DNA of 64,000 nt from the human T2T-CHM13v2.0 reference genome, Homo sapiens: assembly GCF_009914755.1 (NCBI RefSeq), contig NC_060927.1; one strand, written 5' to 3'. Below are positions 49,586-61,550 of this stretch, one piece after another. The position numbers were made by a program, and so were the translations under genes. The notes beneath the pieces were generated by a model. That model ran no database searches. It worked only from the letters and a program-made list of their open reading frames with translations, and was not told where the DNA came from. Numbering within the stretch: position 1 is the first letter of the stretch; the number at the start of each line of letters is the position of its first letter.

Positions 49586-49937
49586 ACATGTATAAAAATG
49601 GAATTTCAAAGAGGCTTAGAGCCTCAATTTCTGAAAGACTGATTTATGTGTTGGTAGGTTATCAAATTTCCAAATTTTTCTTATTTTTTCTTCCTCTGCC
49701 AATATTTTGGTAGTTTAGGAGCCCCAATCAAGAACTAGAGAGACAGAAAGAACCTGAACACAAATCTACGCATTTTGTTCCCTTGTTAATTTATCCAAAA
49801 AATGATTTAGAGGTGTCCTTGTACTTAGAATGAATATCACGATAAGCCAAGTAAGAATCTATGAGTCTATTTTCCCGTAACATTTGCTTTCTTTAATAAA
49901 TTGGTAGAGAAAGATTTCCATGAAAGTACATTGTGAG

Positions 49938-50135
49938 CAGTGGTGTGCTGGTAAATATTTAACAACCAGCTCTGGGTTTGAAGGGGACTGCTTATTTGTT
50001 TGCTGATTTCTGTGATATAAATACTTCCACTGTGGCCAATATCAAGCTAACAATATGATACCATTTAATATTCAGTTGGGAAGATATTTACACAATCTGC
50101 TCTTGAGCCAATACAAGTTGGATTCTGCAAACCAC
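49938..50135. mobile_element. hAT-Tip100 MER69/Arthur-like element (related relic at about 26699-26870)
   Basis: cagtggtgtgctggtaaatatttaacaacc...aaccact termini. Confidence 0.6.
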
Positions 50136-51182
50136 TATGACATTGAGTGTGAGTTTTACTGGGAAAATATATTCACATAAATTGCTTGAGCCATTGCATC
50201 AGCTCACAGCCCCAAATCTGTTCGTAATACCTCAGAAATGGTGATATTTCCAAGGTGCCATGATTCGTGTCATTGGCTGGGGGTAAAAGGAAAATTAAAT
50301 CTCTGATAGGAACAGATTAAAAAGGCAAATTTAATAACATATACAGATTACAAAATACATTAAAACTGTTTTTTAATACAAAGAAGTCACATATCTTTCA
50401 CATGATACACTAATATATTTTTCTTATTTGAAAGTAATGGTTTTAAATAAAGTTTGGTCTTGATTTTGTGAATAAGTTGTATTGGAATTGTTTCTAGTTG
50501 TTGATTATAGAATCAAGGGGGATCATGTGTTTTAGCTAGAAAATGACTCTATTGTCAGAAGAATTATAATGTACCCGTTTTAGAGACAAGGGAGTTTGAC
50601 TAGAAGGGTGTTCAGTGATGAAAACCTGAGTATAAATTAGCCCACAAGTAATCATAAGAACTCAAATCTTTCTTCCAGTTTAGTAGCAGGTCGCTTAAAC
50701 TCACTCTCCTGTAATAGAGAAAACAAAGTAAATGTGTCTAGAAAAATTCCCCTGCGCAATGACTCCCAGATATTTCCTCATAAATCCTTTGATATGTAGC
50801 TCTAGTTTTACTTTTTATGGGTTTGTTCATCCTGAAAGCAGTTTTTGTGTTATTAGTATGTGTTAGGCACTGTGCTAGGCATTGGGAACACATAGCCCTG
50901 TCATTGCACTTGGAGAACTCACAGAGAGGAGCACTGCCTTCTCCTGCTGCTGCATTTTGGGATTTGTAAGGGTGAATAAGGAACCAGAGTATCTTGTGTG
51001 TGCTTTAAAAGAGAATCAGCCGGGTGCTGCACCACATTCACCTTGATGAGGAAGAGACCTGATGGCCTGGCTTTCTAATCCCCCAGTCAGTCTGTTGAAA
51101 TAAGGATCACACTCATCTGTATAATATAGACATGGTTTTAGCAATTCGCAGTTATTTTTCTACATTCACTTTAAATTTACAG

Positions 51183-51276
51183 AAAGATTGTGGAAGAAAA
51201 ATATGAAGAAAATAGCAAACGAATGCAAGAATTGAGATCTCGGAACTTTCAGCAGCTGAGTGTTGATGTACTCCAT
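51183..51276 (+). CDS. NEK11: NEK11 coding exon, 94 nt, KIVEEKYEENSKRMQELRSRNFQQLSVDVLH
   Basis: tttaaatttacag|A AAG ATT...CTC CAT|gtaagt; phase 2/0. Confidence 0.94.
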
Positions 51277-53989
51277 GTAAGTACCCTCTTATTTTAAATT
51301 TTACATAAAAATTTTTCTTGCTTTAGATTCATGGCGATGATTGGGTAGGAAAAGGGACAAGGGAGAAAACAAGAACATCCAGATTAACTTCACCCAATTC
51401 CAGGAAGGATTCTAGAATGTAGGTCAACAGCTGGTGACAACGATTCAAAGCGGCTGTAGCGAGAGGTGGATCAATTGATCCATTTAACAAAAATCAAGCT
51501 CCTACTCTGTACAAGACAACTGAATTGGCACTGAATGCATAACTGATGGGTTAAAATGATTAGCTGACAGAACAAATGTGTGTATATCTAATTTTTAATT
51601 CCACCCATGCTATTGTTGCTTTACCTCTTTAGTACATTGTTCTCTTTGTCTGGTTTTTATTCTTTTCCTTTTTATTTTGTTTCCTACCCATTTTGTTGTA
51701 CATTGTGTTAATAATTTCATTCAAATTTTAACTGTCATAGATGTTCAATAATGAATAGAGTTGCAGATTCACATGAAATGACCCCAAATTCATGTCCTCG
51801 GCATTCCAAATCTGTAAATAGCAAACACCATTTTCTCTAATGGTTGACAATATCTCCACAGGCCTTGGGTAGGCTCTGATTAATAAGGTGGTCTTTACAA
51901 CGTCAAATTTGGGCAATAGACATCAATACCAACCTCATAGCACTTCAGGTAAAAGCAACTTGGGATGAAGCCATTTTTATAGAGAACTTCTACTGTCTCA
52001 AATTCTGATTTTTATTCACGGAGATCCCTGCATGTGAGAGATTCTCTCCTTTAGCAGGAAGCACCAAGCTCCCTGAGGCTGTGGGGACAATCCCCCAAGC
52101 CCCAGGGATGCTAATTCTGTTGTAGCTTAGTTATCAGATGGCTCCAAGCCCTGGGGCATGCAGGAGACCTCACCCTCAGCCAGACAGGGCCCCTCTTTAA
52201 GGGGGAGATCTGCCAGTAATGCATCTTTCTCAATTATTTAGGGGTTCTGTGTGCTTTGGAGTTCTAAAAATCCCAAGTGGGGACCAATAAGAGGCCTAGC
52301 TTCCTCTAATTTCAGGAGTCTTCCTCTGTTTGATGGACCAGTTAGCAGACAATGTGGGGATGATGGTAATATGTGCTCAATTCCATCCCCCTTTTCCCAC
52401 CCCTCTGACACACCATTTAAGTGAAGGCCCCCTGTGGGATCTGTTGCAGGCTACAGAGAATTGGGAGATGGGTTCTTTCCTGCTCAGGGAACTTGGCGAG
52501 TGAAGAACCTGCTGACTGAAAGGCCATGGGGTCAACAATAGGGCTGGATCCCTAGTTGGAGAAAGGTCTTGATGCCACCACTATGGAAGGACTCAAGCCC
52601 CCTCTGAAAACTGGGTGCATTTCTTCAGCTTCCCACACACTTCTAGGCCCTGCAAATGATAGCCTGTTAAGGTGGCTCTTCTTCTCTGGTGCAGTCTGCT
52701 TTGTCCCCCTGCAGTGCTGAGAACTGCACATTCCCACAAATCCTGACAAGGAGGCTGACAGAATTATAAGAATTCCGAGTTTGTTAATGTGTAAAGTACT
52801 TGTTTATTCAGCTATAGAAATGGGGACATACTTTTCTAGAATGCTCAGAGATGTTGTATTTCTTATAAGTCCTCTGCTAATTCATATGCTGCTGGTCTGA
52901 TTCCTATGTACACTCTGATTAATAATGAATAGAAAATGGGCCTCCTGAAAGCAGTACTTCACCTCAGATGAGGGAAGACTTGGAAAACCACTGCTCAGCA
53001 GACCTTGTCATAATCTCTTCAGGGTCTTGTCTTCCTCTTATAAATCAGGGATCACTGATTCTAAGGGATTTTCCCCCTAAGATTGAAAATTGAGAAGTAC
53101 AGGCATGGTATTATTTTGTTCTTTAAAATCTAAATGACTTCATTCTTGAAGTTACCATATGGCAAAAAAGAAATGTAGTTTCAAGTATGAGCTTAAATAT
53201 TAGTGTCTGATAATTTACTTACCTTTTTTGCTTTTCTTCTTTGACCCTTCAAGATCACCATGTTTGTGTTCTTTTTTATTGGATGGAATTATTATTGGTG
53301 TTATAACTATACTCTATGAGGTCTTGTCTTCCTCTTATAAATCAAGGTCCTTTGGGGGCCCTGAAGTAACTGAAGATAAGCCTGAGACCATATGGCAGGC
53401 AGCATCCCAAAAAATGTTCTTATGCATATATTACTCCACAGAACATGGGAGCTAGACACAAAGTTCTGATCTTGGCCCAACTCAGATGAAGAAAGAGAGG
53501 ATTTCACAAGGATCCTATGAACTCCCAACTCATCACTTCCCCAGTGACTTCCCATTTTCATCCCCTTCCCATCAGCAAGGAGCAAAGGGAGCAGGAGGGG
53601 AAGCGACCGATGCTGATGCTGTTCTGGACAAAGACTGTGGTTTATTCTTTGATCTTCTGAGATTAGTGCCACCACTGTCTTTGGCCCTGAGCTTTCCAGA
53701 AGCATGTTTCCTATGTTTATATATTGATGGGGGCAGAAATGCTCCAGGCAGATAGATGGCTGTTGAGTCTGTTCTGTTTGAACACTGTGTCCTCTTGCCA
53801 GCTGGTTCAGGCCCACAGACTGGATGGCTCAGCATCGCCAGGCATCCTGCCCTCTTTTGTGCAGTCACATCAGTCATTTCCCTCTGGCACATTGTCAGCA
53901 TCCCATCTCTCTTTCAATTGTTTTCAGGAAAACCTTGTCAGCCCACTTGGGTCCACAATCAATGGACCCTCCTCCAAATTCTTATGGCT

Positions 53990-54480
<491 letters not shown>

Positions 54481-54584
54481 TAATAATGAATAGAAAATGG
54501 GCCTCCTGAAAGCAGCACTTCACCTCTAGATGAAGAAAGACTTGGAAAACCACTGCTGAACAGACTTTGTCATAATCTCTTTAG

Positions 54585-54692
54585 GAAAAAACACATTTAA
54601 AAGGAATGGAAGAAAAGGAGGAGCAACCTGAGGGAAGACTTTCTTGTTCACCCCAGGACGAGGATGAAGAGAGGTGGCAAGGCAGGGAAGAG
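54585..54692 (+). CDS. NEK11: NEK11 coding exon, 108 nt, EKTHLKGMEEKEEQPEGRLSCSPQDEDEERWQGREE, with GC splice donor
   Basis: ctctttag|GAA AAA...GAA GAG|gcaagt; phase 0/0, joins the next exon to give GREEESDE as in the recalled NEK11 protein. Confidence 0.92.
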
Positions 54693-56527
54693 GCAAGTTT
54701 AATCATATTCACAAGCACAAAAGTGAGGCAGGTTTAATGATATCCAGAGAACAAAGGGGAAAGAAAATGGGAAGCCGAACACTTTGCAGAGGAGCCTGAA
54801 GGGTTTTAAATGTAGCAGGAAAAAGCTTCATTGAGCTGAAAAAGATGAAATAAATATAGGAAAGAAATTAGATTAATCAGATGCAAGAGGCTAAAGAAAA
54901 ATGTGATAAGGAGAAGAGGAAGAGGAAACTGCTCCCATCTTTGAGTGCTTTCCTCCCCCTTGCCCATATACATGTTTATGATTTAATTTCTTGCTAATCT
55001 CATTGGGGCTCTGTTCTCTATTCCTTTTTGCATCTCTCTTGCCTGGTGGAAGCAAGCTACTTTATATTTCAAAAGCACTTACAGGAGAGAATCAGAGTTA
55101 TGGGAGAGAATGGGCTCTATGTCGCCTCTCAAACATGTTATAAAAATTATTTGAGGCATGTAGAGAGAGTGGCTTGCTTTGTTTTTCAGACCCTAGCTGA
55201 CAAGGCCTTTTATTTTAGCAGGCATTTTCTGCTTGGCTGAATTTGGGCTTTGAAATCTTGAAGCACCATCGAATGTGGAATCATGTTAGGCACTGTTTCT
55301 CTAAAGAATCACAGCTTAAAACAGTTGGATACCATAATACATAAGACAGGCCAGGTCTGTCTTTGATCCTGTGGCATATACAGTTTTGCTGGGGCTAAAG
55401 TTAGGTCTCTGTGAAAAGTACATAGCAGATCAGGTCTCCATACGTGGAGAGGTAATGGGGATCAAAGATCAGACCATGTCCTTCTCTTTCTAAGAGAAGC
55501 AATTATAACAATTCTATCTTTCTCTTCAAAGAGAAACTCAGCAAATCAAAGTTAATTGAGAGTCCAAATACATACTTATTTTCAAATAATTTCTGAAGTG
55601 CACGTAAAGACGTATTTCATGTACTCTCTGTTCTTTATCTGTAAAGTTCTCTGTGTGCTCTCAGTGATCCTTTGAAATCTGGAACCAATTTCGCCTCCTG
55701 AAACAATTATTATGCGGTACAGAAAACTGACTTCTTAAAAACACTTTATGATGATATTCTCACAAATACCGCACTGCAGTGTGGCATGGCTTCATTTTAC
55801 TTATTAAGATTAGTTTGAACTTTCTTTTAAATTTTCTTTTATTAAAAAGACACTCTTGGAGTAGTTTCCCATGAAAACCATTTATCAAGAAAAATAGATC
55901 AACTCAGCACCAGCTCCAGGTTCAAACACAAATACACACACACACACAAAACTAAGGGAAAAAGGCAAAATGATTTCTTGAAATACCTATTGATTTTGGC
56001 TAAACCTTTTATTTTTTTGAAGTGTGAATTCTTTCATCATGTGGTCTCTTAGATCTTTTTCTTTTAGGAAATTGGAATTCATAGAATCACAGAGCTTTAA
56101 AGCTAGAGGGGAACTTGTAAGTCATTCAGGCTAACACCTTTAATTTTGAGATGCAGAAACTGAGCAGGGCTGGAGTAGGGTGTGGTAAGTGGAACACCAT
56201 AGGTGCCAAATTGAAGAAGGCCCCCCTCAGCTGTCAATGGAGTGAGTACCTTCAATTGGTACCTTGGGCATCCCACTTGGCTTATCTAGTCATGATCCTG
56301 AAACTGAGCCCATGAAGGTTAAATGCTTTGTGCAAGGTCACCTGTCTCATTGATTCAGGGCTGTTTCTCTTATCCCACCTTACCTCCTGAAGTTTGAAAA
56401 CGTTTAAGGGAGAGGATTAGGTAGGCTTGTTTCCAAGTAGTCTTCTAAATAAGAATATTTTTTTCATTTGTGGTAGTGCTGTTTCCTTCTATCAGCATCT
56501 CATGAATTGTTAATTACCTTCCACAAG

Positions 56528-56642
56528 GAATCTGATGAACCAACTTTAGAGAACCTGCCTGAGTCTCAGCCTATTCCTTCCATGGACCTCCACGAACTTG
56601 AATCAATTGTAGAGGATGCCACATCTGACCTTGGATACCATG
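56528..56642 (+). CDS. NEK11: NEK11 coding exon, 115 nt, ESDEPTLENLPESQPIPSMDLHELESIVEDATSDLGYH
   Basis: ccttccacaag|GAA TCT GAT...TAC CAT G|gtatgt; acidic PEST-like region; phase 0/1. Confidence 0.93.
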
Positions 56643-57639
56643 GTATGTGTTTGCATTGATTTTCAGAAGGATGCTCACAGCTGCTGCACAGGTTGCTGTG
56701 GCCGACTTTGCAGTGGGTCTGTCTGGCCTCTGGGAGAAGCTCTGAGTGTGTGCAGCTATTATCAGTTTACCAGGGCTGGGCTATGACCAGGATGAAAAGT
56801 AGAGAAGCCAAGGATTTTTCTGTCCTCTCTATCTTCTTTGCAATAGTGAGGATGAGTTGGAAACTCACACCTGGTGAGAGACCTCTTCTGGGTGGGTTAA
56901 ACACTGTTGTCGTTAAGCTGACTTTGGAATTGTGCAAACTCCGAATACTCTGGAGCACTGTGTCTTCCCTGTTCTGTAAATGGTTCTTCCAGTTGTCATA
57001 AATTTAAATTGAAGAAATGAAGCCAGGCTTTGGAAAATCAGCTATGCAGATGTGCATTACCAGAAAATAAAAGTGCTCAGAGCAGGAATACAAAGGGAGG
57101 CCTGTAGGATGGCTGACTTTGCTAGAGGACTTCCTGATGCCTTTGCTACCTCAGACCACACAGCAAACGAGTACACTTCCAGTAAACCTCTATTTTCACT
57201 TGGAATAAGACTTTAATTAGTGGTCCAAATGGAGCAGATACATGCAAATGGAGTAGGTACATCATAAGCTAATGGTTAAATGCATGAGTTTTGGAGTAAA
57301 AAAGTTGGCCCTATCAGAGAAGGCCCTGACAACATAATCTCTCTAGGTCTCAGTTTTCTTATCTATGAAATAAGAATAATAATGCCTTCTTTCAGGGTTG
57401 TTGTGAATAGCAAATGAGACGTGGCATGTGGAGTGGTCTTAGTTCAGTGCCCAGCACACAGTAAGTGCTAAAGAAGGGGAAGCAGTTATGACACTTTGAG
57501 CAGAGGAGGGTTATCAATATAGGTGTCTTCTCAGTCTTGTTCACCAGTCTCCCCAGTGCCTAGAGCAAATTTCCAGGAACATGCTAAGCACTCAATAAAT
57601 ATTTCTTGAGTGAATTAATGAGTGGATGAATACATGAGT

Positions 57640-58050
57640 GAATGTTAGTCTGATCCTCTGAGAAGCAGATGCTAAGACTAGACTACAATTGCAACGTTAC
57701 TTTTAGAGAAAATGCTTATATAAAAGAAAATAGGAAAGAGCTAGAAAAAACCAGGGGAACCATTAGACCACTGATTAAAGTCTTATTCCAAGTGAAAAGA
57801 GAGGTTTGGTGAAGGTGAACTAGATTCCTCTGCAGTTAGAGGTAGCAAAGGCATCAGGAAGTCCTCTAGCAAAGTCAGCCATCCTACAGGCCTGCCTTTG
57901 TATTCCTTCTGTGCTCCAGTAGTAGCCCATCGGGAGGCATCATAGCCTCTGAGAGAATGCAGAGATGGATTTCAGAGCATAGCAGCTGGGATCCTGGGCC
58001 AGTTGCACTCTGTGTTGTTGGAGGTCTGCAAGTGCATCCTTATGGCTGCA
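57640..58050 (-). mobile_element. ERVL LTR remnant (LTR16-like)
   Basis: atcctctgagaagcagatgctaaga motif; highly degenerate. Confidence 0.45.
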
Positions 58051-58429
58051 CAATGATGTAACAGCTCTTTTTGGCAGCAGTTTAGCTGTCTTCTCAAATT
58101 GAGAATTAAGGTAGTGAACCTTGGATTATCTTGTCTTCTCACCAGATTTGCACTTGAAGTCTTCTTACTAGAGCTGTTAAAGCCTGTGCTGCCTCCTTCA
58201 GCTGTATGGAGACAAGCACCTGAAGCTCTTTAGATTGGCATTAGCCAGCTTTTAAAATGGTGCTATGGAAGCCATCTTGTAACAGACATTCTTGACAAAC
58301 AAATATATATTTCAGATGGATTTCTGTCTTAGGCCTTTTATGGTATTTGATATATTATTTGTTAATTTCCAAAAGTGAAATTTGGAAGTATAGAAATATC
58401 CCATGGACTTCTCTTTCTAAAAATAGAAA

Positions 58430-59063
58430 TGTCAGAGACATTAGAACCAGAGCGACTCCATCTTGAATAAGAGCTGAGTAAAATAAGGCTGAGAACTACT
58501 GGGCTGCATTCCCAGGAGGTTAAGGCATTCTTTGTCACAGGGTGAGACAGGAGACCAGCACAAGATACAGGTCACAAAGACCTTGCTGATAAAACAGGTT
58601 GTAGTAAAGAAGCCAGCCAAAGTCCACCAAACCCAAGATGGCAAAGAAAGTGACCTCTGGTCATCCTCATTGCTCATTATATGTAAATTATAATGCATTA
58701 GCATGCTAAAAGACACTCCCACCAGCACCGTGACAGTTTACACATGCCATGATGACATGGGAAGTTACCTTATATGGTCTAAAAGTAGGATGAATCCTCA
58801 GTTCTGGGAGTTTCCCACCCCTTTCCTGGAAAACTCATGAATAATCCACCTGTTGTTTAGCATATAATCAAAAAACAACTATAAGTCTATTCAGTCGAGC
58901 AGCTCATGCCACTGCTCTGCTCATGGAGTAATCACTCTTTTGTTTCTTTACTTTCTTAATAAACTTGCCTCCACTTTTCTCTATGAACTTGCCCTGAATT
59001 ATTTCTTGTGCGAGGTCCAAGAACCCTCTCTTGGGGTCTGGATCGGACCCTTTTCCAGTGACA
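58430..59063 (+). mobile_element. ERV1 solo LTR, MER41B-like (634 bp)
   Basis: TG...CA ends, 4-bp TSD gaaa, ccagagcgactccatcttgaata start, ctctcttggggtctggatcggaccc end. Confidence 0.9.
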
Positions 59064-59864
59064 GAAAGCTGAGAAAGTTAGGCAATATGTAGCTCCCAAT
59101 ACCTGTGGCTTGTGCTCTGCTGGAGGACAGAGCCATCACTATTTATGCATAGGAAGCCCCAGGACAGGATATTGAATGGGTGGTCTAGGACCAAAAAGTC
59201 TGAGCTTCTTCCTGGTTTCAAATAGGAAAAGTACTTAATACTGCATTTCATAGATGAGAAGCCAAAGACATTAAGTGGTTTGCTTAAGGACCACAGAGTT
59301 CCTGCTTTCTATCTAGTATACCACCCTTTCCATTTCCCCCAAAGTGTGTGTTTTCGGTGGTGGTAGGTAGAAGCAATTGACTTGTAAGAAACAGAAAAAC
59401 ATGTCAAAGGAACTGGACTTTCAAAAGGCAGAGTCTTTGTCATGTGTCTCTTTGCTAATTTTTGTGAACTGTTATAGCCAAATTACTCCCAAGCTAGCCT
59501 TGACCACAGGTTCCAGCTACTATGGAAAACCCAAGCTATGTCCTTCTTACCTCTCATTTTGTCTTTTGTCATGGAGGTTTCAGTATGGTAGACAGTGTGT
59601 TGATTTACCAGCCAGACTGGAAATCGTCAAATCTACTTCTTTGACCACTTTGTTCATGTTGTAATGTAAACACTATTTAGGCCTCTATGATAAACTATCA
59701 GATTAGAAAAAATACATAATAGTTTTAGGTGGATCAGATGCCTTGTAAAATACTTTAAACATTTCCGTTATTTTTTCCTGTCTGTAAATTCATACCTTCT
59801 AAATGCTATTCTTTCTTAATATTAAATTCAAAAAATAAACTTAGAACTATGAAAATACAGCCTT

Positions 59865-59952
59865 GATAGGCATTTAGGTCAATTCTATGTCTTTGCTATT
59901 GTGAATAGTGCTATAATGAACCTAAAATAAAAGTAAAAAAAGAAGAAAAAAA
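59865..59952 (+). mobile_element. Miniature 5'-inverted (twin-primed) L1 insertion
   Basis: Antisense L1 ORF2-end piece joined through tgaac to sense L1 terminus and A-tail; TSD gaaaatacagcctt vs gaaaatgcaacctt. Confidence 0.7.
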
Positions 59953-60521
59953 GAAAATGCAACCTTTGGGTTTGACAAATCATTAGAATGGTGGGCAACT
60001 ACCAGAAAATTAGTGATCACAGAGATTAATTGAAGTGAAATTTTGAAACATGAGACTTAATTTGTTGATGAACTCTGAAGTGGTTAATTATTTTTTGCCT
60101 TTTAGAAGATTAGACTGCAAACTTTCAGCACCCAAAGGAAATTTGTATTTATTTTTTATTTGGCATGTATATGTAAAATAAAATTATACAGTCATTCTTT
60201 CAAAGCTCCTACACCAAACATTTAATTAGTCTTTGAGGTTGAATTGGACAATTCCCTCTGGCATATGAGGAGTTAGTTGCAGAGAAGAAAGACAGGATAA
60301 GACTTATTATTTACATTTGATATGCATTAGTTGACTATAGCTGATTTAATCTAGTGAAAGTCATGGGTAACCATTATAACCAAATGAGAAAGTACAACTG
60401 GAATGTTAAAGAAATTATCCCCATTTAACTTCTTATATGTAATGCTAATGATATCTTGCACATTAATTTTTGCCAGGAACTTCTTTGTACTCTAGCATTT
60501 GTTTTATATTTTATTTTTTAG

Positions 60522-60535
60522 CAACTCACAGCTGA
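60522..60535 (+). CDS. NEK11: Coding part of alternative terminal exon (A-T-H-S-stop) of the short isoform NEK11S (about 470 aa)
   Basis: Long U-rich tract gttttatattttattttttag|CA ACT CAC AGC TGA; phase 1 fits the 56642 donor; total length and ATHS ending match my recollection of NEK11S. Confidence 0.8.
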
Positions 60536-60863
60536 CTTTCAGAGCAGTGTTTTTTCCAAAGCTGGAATAGCCTGAGACTCTAGGGCCTGGGTCTACAAGG
60601 AGCATGACTCCCTACCCCACCATTCAGATGTGGAGAATGCAGTGAAGTAGGCCTTGGCTGCTTACCCACATCCTGACCAGCTGTCACCTCTTCATTTCCT
60701 GTTCAGCCACTCTTTAAGCAATCACTGAGCCCAATGCTCAGAGATAGCTCAGACCTGTAGGTGGTTGTGCTTTGCTTGCCTGTAGGAGCCCCACATGCCC
60801 TTTACAGTTCTGGGCTGTCTATGACTTACGATATCACCTCTTCTTTTTAAATGTCCAAGTGGA

Positions 60864-60915
60864 AATAAAGTGATTTGAACTTTGCTAATTAAATATGTTA
60901 TGTTTTTATTGTTTT
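60864..60915 (+). terminator. Polyadenylation signal of the NEK11S terminal exon
   Basis: AATAAA 60864-60869, ATTAAA 60888-60893, followed by GU/U-rich tgttatgtttttattgtttt. Confidence 0.7.
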
Positions 60916-60923
60916 AATTTTAA

Positions 60924-61024
60924 AAAGAAAACCTCTACTCACTCACTAATTCCACTTTTAGATAGTTATCTGAAAGAAAACCTTTACTCACTCAGTAATT
61001 CCACTTTTAGATAGTTATCTGAAA
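60924..61024. repeat. 49-bp tandem duplication (47/49 identical)
   Basis: aaagaaaacct[c/t]tactcactca[c/g]taattccacttttagatagttatctg twice. Confidence 0.95.
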
Positions 61025-61550
61025 ATGCATCTACAAGAAGACCTGTTCACAAATGTTTCTAGAAGTTTTATTCATAAGTACTCAAAATAAAAAACAAGTC
61101 AAGTGTCCATCAATAGGTGAAAGGATAAGCAAATTTGTAGTTTGTTGATGGAATATATACTCTTTGACACTGAAAAGGAACACACACCAATATATACAAC
61201 AATATAGATAAATACTTTTAAAATTATGTGAAGTGAAAGAAGCCACACGTAAAAGAGTTCATACTGAATGATTCCATTTCTATGAGTTCTGGAACCAGAA
61301 GTACTTATCTATAGTAATAGAAATTAGGCCAGTGGTTGCCTGGGGGTGGTAGTGGTGGGAGTTGACTCTAAAAGGGCACATGGAAACCTTTTTTTGTGAT
61401 AGAAAAGTTTGTAAGTTTGCTATCTTGATTGTGGTGATGGCTACCCAGATGTGTAAATTTGTCAAAACTCATTGGACTCAATACTTTAAATTAGTGCATT
61501 TTATTGTATATAAATTATACCTAAATAAAATTGATAAATTAAAAAAATAT
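60990..61550 (+). mobile_element. L1ME/MC 3' fragment
   Basis: gtgtccatcaataggtg, atgattccattt, cagtggttgcctgggg, tgtatataaattatacctaaataaa. Confidence 0.75.

Noticed and set aside
56643-56660. Read-through of the 115-nt exon giving GMCLH-stop
   Set aside because: The donor G|gtatgt is good and no evidence for this isoform is visible
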